Source: Octopus bimaculoides
Lineage: Eukaryota
Reading direction: 5' to 3'
Assembly (NCBI RefSeq): GCF_001194135.2
Contig: NC_068985.1
Span: forward strand, 121,974,926 to 122,038,925
DNA length: 64,000 nt
The position numbers and the translations under genes were made by a program. The notes below the pieces were generated by a model, which saw only the letters and a list, made by a program, of their open reading frames with translations, made no database searches and was not told the DNA's origin. Positions 24,553 through 38,702 of the stretch are shown here, piece by piece. Position 1 is the stretch's first letter; each line of letters opens with the position of its first letter.

Positions 24553-24985
24553 TCAGATGATTGATTGATTGATTGACAGACAGACAGACAGACAGACAGA
24601 TATTGATAATTATATGTACGTATGCATGTGAGCGTGTACAAATATGTATACACACTTATTCCTATTATTTTGTAATTCAAATCTCTACTGAACTTTAAAA
24701 AATATTCTTTGGCACACTTTGACGCCTACACATAATTCCTTGAAGCGGGAACAACGACGATAAGGAAAAAAATGTGTTGATGTGCTAAAAACAGAACCCA
24801 TAATTTCTATGTAACAAATACTATTATTATTTCAAATGAATTTTAGAAACACCGCACTAACTTCTGTTTAAAGAGACAGCTAGACAGAATAATTCGTTTT
24901 TGTTTCTGGTTTGCAAGATTCTTGATGTGAAATCGGCGTCTAGCTTCCCATCTACTATTGTATGATACAGCAAATGTTGACTTAC

Positions 24986-25034
24986 GTAATCCATTCAAAT
25001 CTCCCATAGAGAAAAGCCTCTCTGACAGTTGCAT
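24986..25034 (-). CDS. Candidate first exon of a minus-strand transcript (ATG GAT TAC | or MQLSERLFSMGDLNGL |)
   Basis: Donor ttac|gtaagt (G at 24985) next to a CRE site in CpG-retaining DNA; product unknown. Confidence 0.3.
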
Positions 25035-25039
25035 GATGC

Positions 25040-26330
25040 TAGCTTCATGACGTCACTGGTTTCCACCTTAAATTCAACAGTTCGTTACCTCCATACGAAC
25101 GAAGTTGAAAGATTGCCTACACACACACATATATATATGGATATTGTCAGTTTTAACGAAAAGAAGAAAAGAAAAGTTCTCAATACAATAGTATAGTTAT
25201 AAGGACGCGAACTCATTCTTGGATAGAAAGAAGAAGGAAAGAAAGAATTAGGGGGGACACGTTTCTGATAATCTCAAATACATACAAGCTTGCTTGTTCT
25301 CTCTCTCTCTCTTACATAGACGTGTGTGTAAAATATATACACAGCGACACATAGACGTAGGCAAGTAATTTCGATGATGAGTATTCCAGTTGTTTGCTCA
25401 GCTGAACTATTTACACATAGTATGTGGCTGAATACACCACTGACACTTGTACCTATAATTCTCATGCTGTATCAAGCGTGACAAAGGCTGGACGTCTGAA
25501 TTACATGTATAGTCCATCTGACACGACGAGGGGACGAGGATGTTGACACTCTTAGGTGCAAAGTGCGAAGAGGCGTAACATTTCTCCTTGTAAATCGTAC
25601 TTGTCAATAAAGGTACAGGCAACAGAATTACATTTTAGTCTTAGGATTCTGAGAACCCTTGTTACGTCACTGTCACTCAGTTTCCGTTCACCCAACTTCA
25701 CTGGCTGGAATCAATCCATGTCTATATATATAATATATCGTCCTTAATATCCTCAAGATTGCATATCGAACTTCTTCACCACCCAGTCATATCAATATCC
25801 GTCACGCTCACACACTAATTATAGTAAACACTATATTCCACTTTTAATATAACTTGTATTTTCTACCGCCTTTCTCGCCCGGAGTGGTCAGTCACCTTTC
25901 TCTGTTAGCTTCCCTCCATTTCCCCTTCTGTATCTATCTCTCAGTTTTTGTTTTTTTTTTTCATATTTTCGTTTTCAGCGCCTAGCTTTCTATTTTCTCC
26001 CTCCGTATCTTCTTCTTTGTCTGCTTTTTCTTTCTTTCATTGACTGTCTGTCTCCCTTCGCCTTTTCTTTTTTTTCATCTTCTTTTTTCCTTGCCACCTT
26101 TCTGCTCTAATTTTATAGTTTCTTTTCCTTTTCTTTCAACCCCCTGTGTCTCTTTTCCTCCCTCTATTTCCCTTTTACTCTTTCTTCTCTCTCCCTCCCT
26201 CTCCTTCGCCGTTGTCCCCCTCCGTCTATATCTTCCTCCTTCGCTTTTGTTTTCTTTTTTTTTTCTCTCACACAGTGTCTTTCTTTCTCCCTCTCTTCTA
26301 ACTCTCCGTGACGTCATCGCACAACAGACG
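25040..26330. promoter_or_regulatory. Putative bidirectional promoter with CRE sites
   Basis: TGACGTCA at 25048-25055 and 26309-26316, TTACGTCA at 25662-25669, CT-rich tract at 25900-26300, visibly more CpG than the flanks. Confidence 0.5.
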
Positions 26331-27026
26331 GCTCAGTAAACGCTCTGCAATATTCGTTTACCGCTTGTCTTCTCCCTTCCCAGTTATTTTCCGTATTTAT
26401 CATCTTCCAGCCGTACAAATATATTTAAATACGTATATCTAACGATACCATTACTTTTAGTTCGTTAATTCAATATATATAGATATATATAAATATGGAT
26501 TAGAGTGCATAATATCCCTTCTTTCTATTTTTACCTCGCTGATTCTGTTATTGTTAATTTGACTTTATCCATTATTAACAATTAATTTTTCTCTGTCTAT
26601 CTGTCTTTATTAACTGAAATAAAGAAGGAAAAATAGAGAAATATACATACATATATCTAATAGACATACACCAAACATCAGTCTAATTTTCTCCACCTGT
26701 TTTACTGTTTTTACGGTTTGAAAACAATATCTCAGACAGAACAAGAGTGGAGCGAAAGAATAAGAAAAAAAAGAATAATAATAATAATATTGATAATAAA
26801 CAGGACACGAAAAGAAAGGAAAACTTTTAACAGAAACTGCAACTTTTATTATTTATACAGCGACGCGACTCGAACGTTTTTTTAAAGATTTATACACATT
26901 TACTGGTTGAAACTCGAGTTTTAAAAGATTTTACTAAATTTATATCAGTTTTTTTTTCTGTGAACGAGAGGAAAGTTTGACAAAAGCTAACAACTATTTG
27001 TCATTATTGCACAATTAAGTTTTCAT

Positions 27027-27035
27027 ATGCCAGAG
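27027..27035 (+). CDS. Candidate first coding exon end (ATG CCA GAG | gtaagt) of an unidentified + strand gene
   Basis: Consensus donor AG|GTAAGT at 27036; in-frame stop upstream at 26988-26990; unique CpG-containing 5' UTR-like sequence from about 26320. Confidence 0.45.
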
Positions 27036-28155
27036 GTAAGTGTTTAAAAAATATCCACTTTTTTTTTGTTTATTAAATATGTATTTCTTTTACTATTGAC
27101 TTTCAAGGCTTTGATGGATTTTGCTCTGCTCCAGAGTCAACCCTTATTTTTCTTATTATCCATAATTATAAATTCCGTTCATATTTATAAAAAATACCAT
27201 TTCAGAGCTGGTACTTTTATTTTATCGACTTCCTACGCTTGAGAGAAAAAGTTGGCTTCGGCGGGATTTGAACTCGGCGTGTTCAAAAGGCCGTAAAAAG
27301 TAACAGTCGCATGGTATTTTCTTTGATACTCTAATGAGTTTGCTAGCAAACACGTTCAAAGGTATTCCAGTTGTGACCATCCCATTTTTTAAAAATTTTC
27401 GTTCTTTCTATGCACAGTGTATCGATGCCTACATTATTCGGGCGGAGGTGAAGAATACGCACACCACCCCGTTTTCGGCGTAAGCCGTAGCTTAGCTCCA
27501 ATTGTGTAGATTCATGATCAAACCTCTTAAGATATTCCCTTCTTTTTCACTGTACATCAAGGACTACATTGTCCATTGTATTCTTCGTTTAGTAAGATGG
27601 TTAGGTGTGATTTGAAGGAGATTTGGCTGCTATTTCTAAAATCTCGAGCAACCACGTTGAGGTGGCGCTTCCAAGTATTTTGTCGTCTGGTTTCATTCTG
27701 CTTTCGCTATTTTTCTTTCTTTTAGATATCGATCACAAAACTAATTTCATTACATTTATGCTGCTACCCCACCCCTGCAGCTTCTCCTTCAGAAAGGCAC
27801 GAATGTCACAACATACATTTTTTTTGTATGTTGTAAATTCGAGTCCTTACACCCACTTTGTAAGAAATCAACGATTTGTCATTTGATTTCCCTTGTAAAT
27901 TAACCTCATTTTAATTTCGGTTGTAGTTGAATTTACTTTTGGATACTGCGAAAAGGCACAAATGTCATAATGTCATTACGTCCCAATTATATATATATAT
28001 ATATATATAATGTATGCTTATGTGTAAAAAAAACAAGGAACACAAGTATTCAGTACAAAAGTAGTGTGTATTTCATGAATAATGTCAGTTGATCAAAGTT
28101 TTTTTACTTAATTATATCACATGTATGAGACCGTATTTATAGTTTCTCCCTCAAC

Positions 28156-28197
<42 letters not shown>

Positions 28198-28281
28198 NNN
28201 NNNNNNNNNNNNNNNNNNNNNNNNNNNNNNNNNNNNNNNNNNNNNNNNNNNNNNNNNNNNNNNNNNNNNNNNNNNNNNNNN

Positions 28282-28326
<45 letters not shown>

Positions 28327-29872
28327 ATGACTTGGAGTATTGTGCCTATGTAAGAAGTCATTACATTTTCTCGTGTCAGAGCAATTTGATACAATGGAAG
28401 TAGGTTTCCAGCGAACACAATTTTGGTAACACGCCCACCACCATCTCCTCGGCTAAAACTTCAGCATCAACTTCACTGTTGTTGCTAATACTTTTCGGAA
28501 AGGCAAGAATGTCACCACTTCCTTCTCCTACCCTAAAATATTAGTATATATCATTTTCCCCATGTGGTTGGTGCCGTTTTAAGTACTAACAGGCGGTAAA
28601 TTTTTACCGATCCGTGACGCACAAACTGTTTTCACTATCACCAGAATCGCTAGATTTCTATTTCGAATGCACATGGCAAATGCATAAACATCACGACTTC
28701 CCATTTCAGATATAAAAATCTGGAAACGTTATCCCATGCCTCCTAGCATATGAAATGAAACGGTTTTCATTTTCATTCTCACCCTCACGTCCCACCATTT
28801 TTAATGAATCTGTAGTCTCCAAGACACACTAATAAAATATCTTCAACGTCCCAACCTGGTCACTCGATCTGCTTGAAACTAGCAGCAAAATCTCCTTTAA
28901 ATCACACCTTTTCATCTTGAATATATAGTGGATATGCGTAAAGACGGGATTGTCACGAACGACTACGACGTCTTTGACAAAAAAATGAAGTCAGTGACCT
29001 AGGGTTAAACTACAACAAGTAGATCATCCGAATTGTTTACTATAACTTTCTTATATTGAAAAGCTCTTCGATTTAAAAGAAAAAGAAATTTTTTGGCTGC
29101 TTTCCTTCCAATATGTGTACTTTTGTGTGAGGTCTTACGATGTATTGTCTCAAAATCGCTATCGATTTATTTATCAGAAAGAAGGCAAAGTTGGCTTTGA
29201 TTAGATTTGAATACAGACCGTAGAAAGACTAAACCAAATGCTCAAAATTATATAACGAGTAGATTTTTTTTTTAGTCCACCCTGTTTATAAGATTACCAG
29301 ATATTATGTCTTTTAAACTGTTTCCTTTTTAAATTTACTGTTCGTTACCTTATCCGTATAACCTGTGTTGAGATCTTGGTCAGCCCTTGATTTTGCTGAG
29401 CATTTGTGACTATCCCATCTTGCTTTTTTTTTTTTTTTTGTCTTGTACATATTTTATCAATCTGTCCTACCTCTTCTTTAGCGGTAGGGTATAATTTCTA
29501 GCCCATTGAGTGACCACGCACAGGTTTATCCAATAAGCTACACTTGCTCAATCTATGAACATTTTATTTATGTAATGTCATGGTTGAATTTTATGAAGTA
29601 TCCGACAATTAAACTGTAGTTCTGTAGGGATAAAGAAGTAACAAAATGTTGAAAACTTTTAAAAGTTTATTATTAGTCATCTCTTACTGCGCGTGTGCAT
29701 GTATGCATGTGTGTGTGTGTATATATATATATATATAACATACATACATTGTTCTTGTAAATGAAATTTTATATATATATAGTTTCATTTCTCTTTGTGC
29801 ATCTGTGACTAATAAATGTCAACAAATGGTCCTGATGTATGTGTTACTAGCACGTATTTACATATAAAACAG

Positions 29873-29976
29873 ACAGTCTTGTTTGAACTGATTGGAGTAT
29901 ATAAACAACTCAGTTGCTGCATCCAGGACCAAGCGCGACCGACTCTGCTATACTACATTCGGAATATTGTAAACAA
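29873..29976 (+). CDS. Candidate exon (phase 0-2: TVLFELIGVYKQLSCCIQDQARPTLLYYIRNIVN)
   Basis: cag| acceptor and AA|gtaaat donor, open frame compatible with the neighbouring candidates; weak pyrimidine tract. Confidence 0.25.
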
Positions 29977-32286
29977 GTAAATGTAACAGTTTCCCTTTCA
30001 AATCATTATCATTAACTATGATCACTGTCACCAGAAGTTTTGACGTTCGACATCGTATGAAATTTCATCAATGTTTTACATCCATTTTTCTCTAGTTATA
30101 TTCGTCATAAAATAACCAATGTTGCAAATATTCGTTGCATAAATGCTTCATGCTCTGCTCGATTCTGAAAGCAAATCATAAGCATTTCGTAAACAATAGC
30201 TATTGAAATGTTTGTGCTGTACGTATCCATTTAAATATACTGGGGAGAACAATATTACTACTTGACATTAGACGAAATGTCTGTATGGTCTACGGTTGTA
30301 AATATTAAGGTATACGGACACACTTGTGTCGTGACATCTGTCTGTCTAGGCATATTTACAGTTTGGTGCCCCTCCTTCAAATTTGTTTCCCCATAACGTT
30401 CTGAAAAGTGTATATTTAATGAAATTTTTCAGATGTAGATTACAATAATTTGGATAAAATCCAAGGGGATGGGAAAATTTTTTGTAAATGAATCGTGATA
30501 TTATTTCCCCCACCACACACACACTGATTTTGTTACTAAACATTTCCGTAACTTTAACATTTTCCGCTTTCTTCAGACTCATATAGTTCAAACATCAACA
30601 TTACGTTATGTACACTCCCGAAAATTTGTTTCTGAAAAATGTAGTTTTAAATGTGCATTTTAAAGAGAGTTATGAGGAAACAAATTCGGGATGGGGAAGA
30701 GAATGATTCTAAACTCTTCCCATAAAACATTTAAAACTTTTATGTTATCGGAATTGTACTTTTGTAAAATTTCATATCGAATTTTTTTAAGTTATGAGGG
30801 AACAAAGTTGGGTTGGGGCCATGTGAATCTCGAAGCTTACATAAAGCTGTAAATAATAGCATGCAAATATTGGATAGAAAATGTCAAAGGCTGTTCACTG
30901 GACCGCAACAATAATTTGTGTGTAATCATTCTATTACAATAGTTTCGAAACAGGACCTGTTGACGCGATCGTAACGTCAAAACTTTGTGTGACAGGCACA
31001 TGTCTAAGTCAATTTTGCTGTCATCTTTTAGGCTTCATATAAATTTACTCGTCATAATTTTACTTTTTTTCAGTAACACCCCTCATTCACAAATCATATA
31101 TCTTCATCCGTATCACTTCCAGTGAATTTTCTTCACGCCTTATTTGTGTTCATGATGAGTTTTTTTAATTTTCAAAACCTGTTGTTTAACCCTTGTTTAG
31201 AAGTCAACCCTGAACATGTAGGCCTATGATCAAAAGCATTTCAGTCGGGATCACCCCCTCAATTTTAGGAGCATCTAGGCTACATTATCAATTTTAGGAG
31301 CATCTAGGCAATCTTTCATTTTTAGTACAATTTACGTCACTTATGAAGCACGTCAGTGATTGCCCATACAGTGTGCCGTATTTTTAGTCTAGACTGATTT
31401 GGAGATTTTGCTTCTATTTCTAGCATTTCTAGCAAGTCGAACACTCATGTAAAGCAGGCATGAGGCAACCTTTTTCGAGATGCGGGTCCCATGAGTCATG
31501 GCTCCTCACCAGGCAGGCTGCACTACTAAAAGACCCAAGGAATTTTTCGTTTGGCGTGCTATGAATAAAGACCCATGGGCCGCAGTTTTTGCCCATACTG
31601 GTGCGAGAGCTTCATTATTGTCCTGCATTATTGATTAATATTTTAATTATCAGGTTTCCATTCCCTTTCGTGAGTGTTTAAGTTGGAAAAGATCACTGAT
31701 CCTGCATTGAAGTAGCATGCGTTTATTTAAACTTGCATTGTTTAAAAAAACAAATACTATATTATATCCGACTAAGAACTTGGAAAAAGTTTTTAAAATT
31801 AATTCTAAAAAAAATGTACTCCAAATGGGAATTGCGCTGACTTCTCAGGGTCATAGACCCTGCAGATTCTTTTCTTAGGATGCTTGCATTTTACATCATT
31901 TCTCTCTTGGTTAAAGGCTATTTTTAGAACCTTTTCTCTTTCAGCGATGTTCCTAAAGAAAAAAAATTTCTAATCTTGATAACAGAATTTGCCGCCAATA
32001 GCGGATGACTCAGTACCAGAAAATGTTTTTAATTACTTATATTCACCTCTATAAACTTTATACTATTAATGTTCTTTATTTTTATTTTTGTTTTGTTATT
32101 TATCCCAAGTTAGTACAGGTCAAGCAGATCTATCTATCAAAAATGTATTTTTTATAGAAATATTTGGGATAACATTATCTTACGTGCCCTGTCTTATTTT
32201 AAGACGGTTAATGGGAGTGGAGTGATTTGTGCAGGTTAGGCTGCTATTTCTAGCAGGTGGAGTAACCTCATAGAGAATCTCTTCAG

Positions 32287-32474
32287 TTTTGTTTCATTGT
32301 ATAATTTACTCCTATTTAATGATTTACAAGTTGGTTTTATTGATCAAGTTGCGCAAATTAAAAAAAGAATGATTCGAAGTAAAAAGACTATTAGTGTATC
32401 TGAGAATGGCGCGGAAATTGATTTCCAGAAGTTTGCTTTCTTAATATTGTTGACATGTGAGAGTGATTTACCAG
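32287..32474 (+). CDS. Candidate exon (..GFIDQVAQIKKRMIRSKKTISVSENGAEIDFQKFAFLILLTCESDLPG)
   Basis: Open frame in non-repetitive DNA ending at CAG|GTACAT (phase 1); acceptor uncertain (32286 or 32330). Confidence 0.4.
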
Positions 32475-33419
32475 GTACATATATGTTATATGTGTATATA
32501 CATGAATGTATATACACATATAGGCTACAGTGGGAGACACGTGACCAGGGTCCCACACAGTGAGATCAAACTTGGGGATAATGGTGTTGCAAGGTGAGCT
32601 TGGGAACTTTTTAACCCTGCAACATGTGTACATACTGGTGACATGTAACTCAGTGCAATCTGTTGCAGTGATGTGTCACCAGTGACTAAGCTGACAATTC
32701 CACCAGGATTTCCTTGATTCAAAGGGTAATTTTGGGCAGATGAACTCAAGATAGTCATTGACCATCTGATTATGTGTATGTTGGTGGCATGCCCACAGCT
32801 TTCAAGGTGACTTCATTAGGCCAATAAAGCAATTGATTCAGGGCAAACATCTGGAAAAATATTTTATGGCCAACACTTAGTACTTCAGTTGAGGAGTGGA
32901 ACATAGAATTTCCTGTAATTCAGACTGCCTCATGGTCCCAGCAGACAAAATGGGAAAGATGCTGCCCCGAAGGTTGGCGAGAGAGATGCACTAGAACAGC
33001 CACTCTGACTCCTGGGGCTTGCACTTGGACACACGAAATTGTCTTAACTTTATCTAACCAGATGAGTTAACCATGTCTCGCTCCTACCTTCTAGTTTTCT
33101 AGCATGGTTTCTGAAGCTTGAAGCCTTTTCTACCATCAACCCCTTTACACAGTATACATGATACATTTTATTATGATATTGACTCTAAATAGATTGTCTT
33201 GTGCTCAGGAAGACTAAAGAGTTATCTGTCCTACGTTATCTCTGTTTATTCAGTGGCATCAAAGTAGTCTTGTTCTCTTTTTGTGTTGTCTCCATTCATC
33301 CTTCCTTCCCATCTCACACTATTGTGTGTGTTGAAAAGGGCATTTTCATCTCACATTGGTACCATGGGATTAATAGTCTGTTGCTGAGCTAAAGAGTCCC
33401 TTTCGACATATTGATCTTT

Positions 33420-34330
33420 AATCTTACTGCTCAAAGATCATGTCAGGCTCAGATTAGTTATCTAGAGGTTCATTACACTAGTATAAACAGCTGAGTACTA
33501 GCATTGTCTCTGTTCTAGTCCATAAGAGCAGCCTTGTGGGACTGTTTTATAGAGAAATAGCCTATCTCCCTTAGTATTGTACCTAAGTTATTGTGAAGCT
33601 TGAGAATAGTGATGTCATCATGGCACTCTTGTTGGGGTGTAATAGCAAATGGGAAGTTGGTTGTTTGAAGTGTCTTCTGGGGTTAAGGGCTTCCCCTCTG
33701 CACTGCATCACTTCTTATTGTTGTTGTGCCAAATGAATATAATGATATCAGTGGCAGGCTGAAGCTATGTCCATGGCACCAAGTTACACAATTAGGTTAA
33801 GAGAGGGGAGAGTTATCATGGTAGTGTCCAGATTAATTGGCCAGTATCTGCTGGGTTCACATAGTTAAAATGGGCTGTGAAGGAGAATAAAGGAATCTAA
33901 GTGATAGGAGTAAAAGGGTATTAGAATTGAATGATGTTGCATAATGCAGCATCTCTCTATAGGTAAAAAAAAACTGAATAGAAGCAGTAAACATGATTAA
34001 TAGAGATTTAACTGTAAATATTAAAAATCTTAACTTTGTTGGCATGTCCAGCAATTGTGTATTTGACTCAGAATTTACAAAAGCAGCACCATGGGGGAAA
34101 AGACTTGGTGATGGAGAAGCAAGTAATAGGAGAGGGGGGAAAGTGGGTGATAGAATGGGTATTGGGGGTAAAGGATATGTTATGGTAAGAGAGGTGAATG
34201 GGAACAGATCTAATGCATTATCATCCCTTCTTGCATAGGTACATGATGGGAGGAAGATAGTGATAGAAGGGTGGTATGTGAGTGAGTGACATGAGAGAGT
34301 AACAAACAGAAAGAGAACAACCATCTTTGT
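33420..34330 (-). mobile_element. Decayed CR1/L2-group LINE (APE end and linker)
   Basis: TYARRDDNALDLF.. resembles the APE C-terminal (P)T..LDL motif; same style of family as 36340-37130. Confidence 0.4.
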
Positions 34331-34479
34331 TAGGTACCAACAAAAATAGTTGTTAGCAAAGAGGGTCTCTGTCTTTCTTATCCATAATGGTCATAGTAAG
34401 GAGACATACTTTGAACATAATGGGTGAGAGAGAGCCCCAAGTGTTGGTATACATTTTCAATCTCCGTCACCATTTAGTT

Positions 34480-34800
34480 TTTTGCGCATGTTTTTTTTTT
34501 TTCCATACTTGCATGGGTTGGACAGGTTTTCTCTACTACAGCATTTTGCCATTTGTTGCAGTCCATCATCTTTTTTACAAGGTTCAGTTTCTTGAGATCA
34601 GCTTTCATTACTTCTTTCCACATCTTTTTCAGTTTCCATCTTTCACAGTATCCATCTTTGTACAATTGATATCCTCTACAAGTATCAAATGACCATACCA
34701 GTGGAGTTTTATTCATGTCCACTAATATTACTCATACAGCACAGTATGTTTGCCTTACTTTCTTCCAGTCTTCTCAAATCCTTTGCATTCAAGATCTACA
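34480..34800 (-). mobile_element. Old RTE 3' end
   Basis: KKMWKEVMKADLKKLNL..WQNAVVEKTCPTHASMEK, the same terminus as the other RTE copies. Confidence 0.65.
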
Positions 34801-35659
34801 TCTTGCTACCATATAACATTGCCCTTCATACAGAAGCATAATAAAATTTGCTCTTCAAATATATGATGGGCTTCTATACAGTTACCATCTGCCAAAATCC
34901 ATTTGCTAGATGTTGCTTAACTTGAGGCTATAGCAGAAGACACTTGCTTAAGGTGCTACACAGTGGAGTTGAACCTGGAACCACATGGTTGTAAACAAAC
35001 TCCTCACCACACATAAATGTGGGAATGAAATTTTCTGAGTGGGTGCTAGCTCAGGTCCAACCCAGGATGTTCAAAGCATTTTCAGTGCCCCTACAAAATT
35101 TTAGTAGGTGTGCTTGTACCCTCTGTTCTCAAGCCTATGTAACCACACAATTGTACTTGAATTCAACTTGTGACCCATGAACAGGTAGTCTGATATGTTT
35201 TAGTGTGGTCGTTATGTGTTCTTTGTATGTAGTTCACAATATTAAGTAGCTTATATGTGAGGACAAGAACGTCCACATCAGCAACAACACTCATATTTTC
35301 TTTGAAGTATGCCACATTAACCAAAATAGTCAGCCACTATTAATTGGTCAAGCCATATTCATGTAGGTGCTAATGCCTTTCATGGGAATATAGTCGGTCA
35401 TGGTTCTGGGATAGGAAAATCTGAAAACTATGTTTCAAAACTTAGCAGGGGCCTTCCTACATTCTTATATACTTGGCCATTCATGCACACACATATATAC
35501 AATGAGTTTAATACTGTTCTCATCTATCAAATTCACTCACAAGACATTGCTACATCTTTCTCTCTCACACACACATGTACGCATACATACAGCTATGTCC
35601 TCTGTGTCTCTCTTTCAGCCAAGTGATCCTTCCCTTGAGGGCTTTTGGATGATGGTGTC

Positions 35660-35898
35660 ACATAAAAGCACCCATGGCAGTGCCACATAAAAGTGTCCAT
35701 GATGGTACCAAGTAAATGCACTCATGCCGGTGCCACGTAAAAAGCACCCAGTACACTCTTTGAAGTGGCTGGTGTGAGAAAGGGCGTCCAGCTGTAGAAA
35801 CCATACCAAAACATAATTGGAACCTGGGCAGCTCCCCAGCTTATATCAAACCATCCAACTCATGCCAACATGGAAAGTGGATGTTAAATAATGATGAT
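35660..35898 (+). mobile_element. Non-coding element with RTE 3' tail
   Basis: gccacgtaaaaagcaccca..aagggcgtccagctgtagaaac..catgccaacatggaaagtggatgttaaataatgatg. Confidence 0.75.
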
Positions 35899-36339
35899 GG
35901 TGTGTGTGTATGTGTAGTTTTTGCTTATTTTCTGGTATAAAAGCACTCAATACACTCCTGTGTGAGATGTGTTTACAGTTTGATAAATTTGTCATCATTC
36001 ATTCACTATTACATGTTTTTCCATATTAGCATAGATTAGATGAATATATTATTGAAGCAGATTTACAGCCAGATGCCCTTTCTGTCACTAACTTTTACTT
36101 GTTTTTAAGTAAAGTATCTTCTTAATTTCATACATCTTTGATAGCACAAAATTAGTGGTTGCTTTGTTAGCACATATATACATACAGATAAATATACATA
36201 TATGCATGACATTATATGTAAACTGGATTTCATATCTAGACTTAAGTTTTGTTCATTCAGCTTTTTGGGTGACTGTACTTATCAGTTCATTGGTAATCAA
36301 CCAAGAGGCCAACTGAATGAAACTTTAAGACTGGATATG

Positions 36340-37130
36340 TAATCCTGTTTACATATATTAATGACTTGCTTGCTGATACCTCAAACAACACTCAGCTGTT
36401 TGCAGATGGTACCACTATTCACTCCTACTGAATCTTTTTGCACACATGCATCGTTCACTGCTTATATGAACCATATTCAATGGGACCACAATAATTAGTT
36501 TCTTTCAATCATTGCTTGTATCAGTCATATCAAGGAATTAATTTTATGGATCATTTACTTTAGTCTTCAACAACACACCACTTAAATCCTCAAAGATACT
36601 CTAAATGTTAGGCTTTATATATCTCTGATAATCTTTCTTGGTCATCTTGTTACACACAATATTGCTAACTCTTCTCACCAAAGACTATCCTCCCTCTTCA
36701 GGTCTAAAAATATTCTGCTCTGACCAATTGCAGATCTTCTACAAAGCTCAAAAATGTCTTATAACAGAGTACTGCTCCCACATTTTGTACACCACTGATG
36801 CACATACAAACATTTTGGACCAAAGGGAAGTGATCTGGGTAATTGGCAAAGACTCGTACACCACGACACTACAATCTCTTGCTTGCAGACATGCTGTTTC
36901 TTCACTCTGCCTATTTTATCACTTTGACAGCAGCCTATGCTCCTCTGAACACTTTTTTCCCAGGCTCACCTGTCTCTCCTACTCAAATCATCCTTACTAA
37001 ATCACATCTCTTGAGCATTGCATTAACTATTTTGCACAATCAATCCTTCCCAGAAGTTCAGCTGTTTTGTTCCCTCCTCACCCACACTTTTTCTGTACTA
37101 ACTGAACATCAACTCTGTTTATCTAACTAG
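36340..37130 (+). mobile_element. Degenerate CR1/L2-group LINE RT and C-terminus
   Basis: YINDLLADTSNNTQLFADGTT; FYKAQ..EYCSHI; LQSLACRHAVSSLCLFYH. Confidence 0.75.
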
Positions 37131-38052
37131 TCTCAAAGGGATTCTGTCACTCCACCAAACTAAGACATACAAAAGAAGAGAAAAAAAACAACAACATATA
37201 ACAAACATATATATAGATGTACATTAATTTTTGTATTGGTTTTGAGGATGAGTTGTATTCCAGATGTGTGTAGGCAACAAAACTACCTAATCATGGACAT
37301 GTGTATATAGCTGAATATTTCAGAGTACCTTTAATGTAATCCTCAGGCAGAATCAGTGTAGTGTTGTACACAAGTCTGGCTGTTTAAATGACTGGGTAGC
37401 CTGGTCAGTAGGCTTTCACATAATCTCTGCCTACTCGGTTTTACTGACAAAGCTTGAGCAGACGTTTACTTTCCACTCACAAAGAATTAGCTTTTCAGGG
37501 TTATTGTAGAAGACTCTTGCCCAATGTACTGCACTGAACTTTGAACTATATTGGAGCAAAGTAGACTTTTTTAACCGCACAGCCATATCAACACCTTTTG
37601 TGTCTGGTGTTGTAATACAATCTCTGAGGATGCTGAAAAATTGTATTTTGTGTATGAATTGGGCATAAATTAACCTTATTCATGCAACTATTTATGTTTT
37701 GTGTACTGATTGTTATTTATAAGCATATTTATATATTTTTTGCATTAGATCTCTATGTGCTCATATATTATTTACTTTTTTGTTTTCATATAAATACTTG
37801 ATACTTATTTCCTTTATTTATCTTTCCTTAATGAATGAATACAACATGTATACATACACATTCAACACAACAGTAATTGGTTGAAGGAAATTATTAGTCA
37901 TTAGCCAGAACTAAAACTGGTTCGACTTCCTTTATATTGTGTCATAATTACACTCTTCCTCATTAATCCATATTTTTTATTGATCTGAAAACTTTGCTAT
38001 GTACTGTATAAAGGGTTATTGATATCTTGTTCACATTGTCACTAAGCTCTAG

Positions 38053-38121
38053 GCAAACTTTGTAAGAAGAATAAGTACCAGAGAAATCGTACTTATTTTA
38101 CTGACCCAAATGAAATGCCAG
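38053..38121 (+). CDS. Candidate 69-bp exon with GC donor (GKLCKKNKYQRNRTYFTDPNEMPG)
   Basis: Acceptor ttgtcactaagctctag with a branch-like ctaa; donor CAG|GCAAGT matches the GC-AG consensus; phase 1-1. Confidence 0.4.
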
Positions 38122-38702
38122 GCAAGTCCATATTGATGCAAATTAAATTCCTGGGTGAAATGATTTGTATCAATAGTTACATGTTCTGACCCAAAATAAC
38201 AAATCTCTTGCCTGTGTTCTAAGAGGTTTGTCATTTTTTTTGTCTATAAGATAGAATAACACCAATTCCTGCAAAAGATTCCATAGTGGATAAATCTATT
38301 GAAATTAAAAAAAGTAGTCTGGTTCAGGATCATTAACTCTTTTGTTATCATATTTCTATTGAAACAAACAGACTTGGTTTCAATTAATTTTGAAATTAAT
38401 AAAGAATTTAATAAAATAACTTCACCATTATTTAGCTGGAACCTGGAATGCAAATTAGCCTGAAATTTGTATGGTTTTAATTTAGATCACTTTAAAGCAG
38501 GATGTTTGTATCATATAACCAGGAGCAGTCTCAAGCAGGCTGCTATCAAAACAGGCTGAGTAACATCTATTTGAGAATTCATTCTTTAAAAGCATTTTAA
38601 TCCATTTGAGCATACATGTATTTGAACTGATATAGTTAAATTATAACATTATTTATGGTAATGTTAAATCTCTGAACGAGGTATAAACAGTAACTGCACG
38701 AC

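Noticed and set aside
29891-29915. ATTGG / TATATAAA / TCAGTT core promoter
   Set aside because: TATA-to-Inr spacing is about 12 bp rather than about 30 bp.
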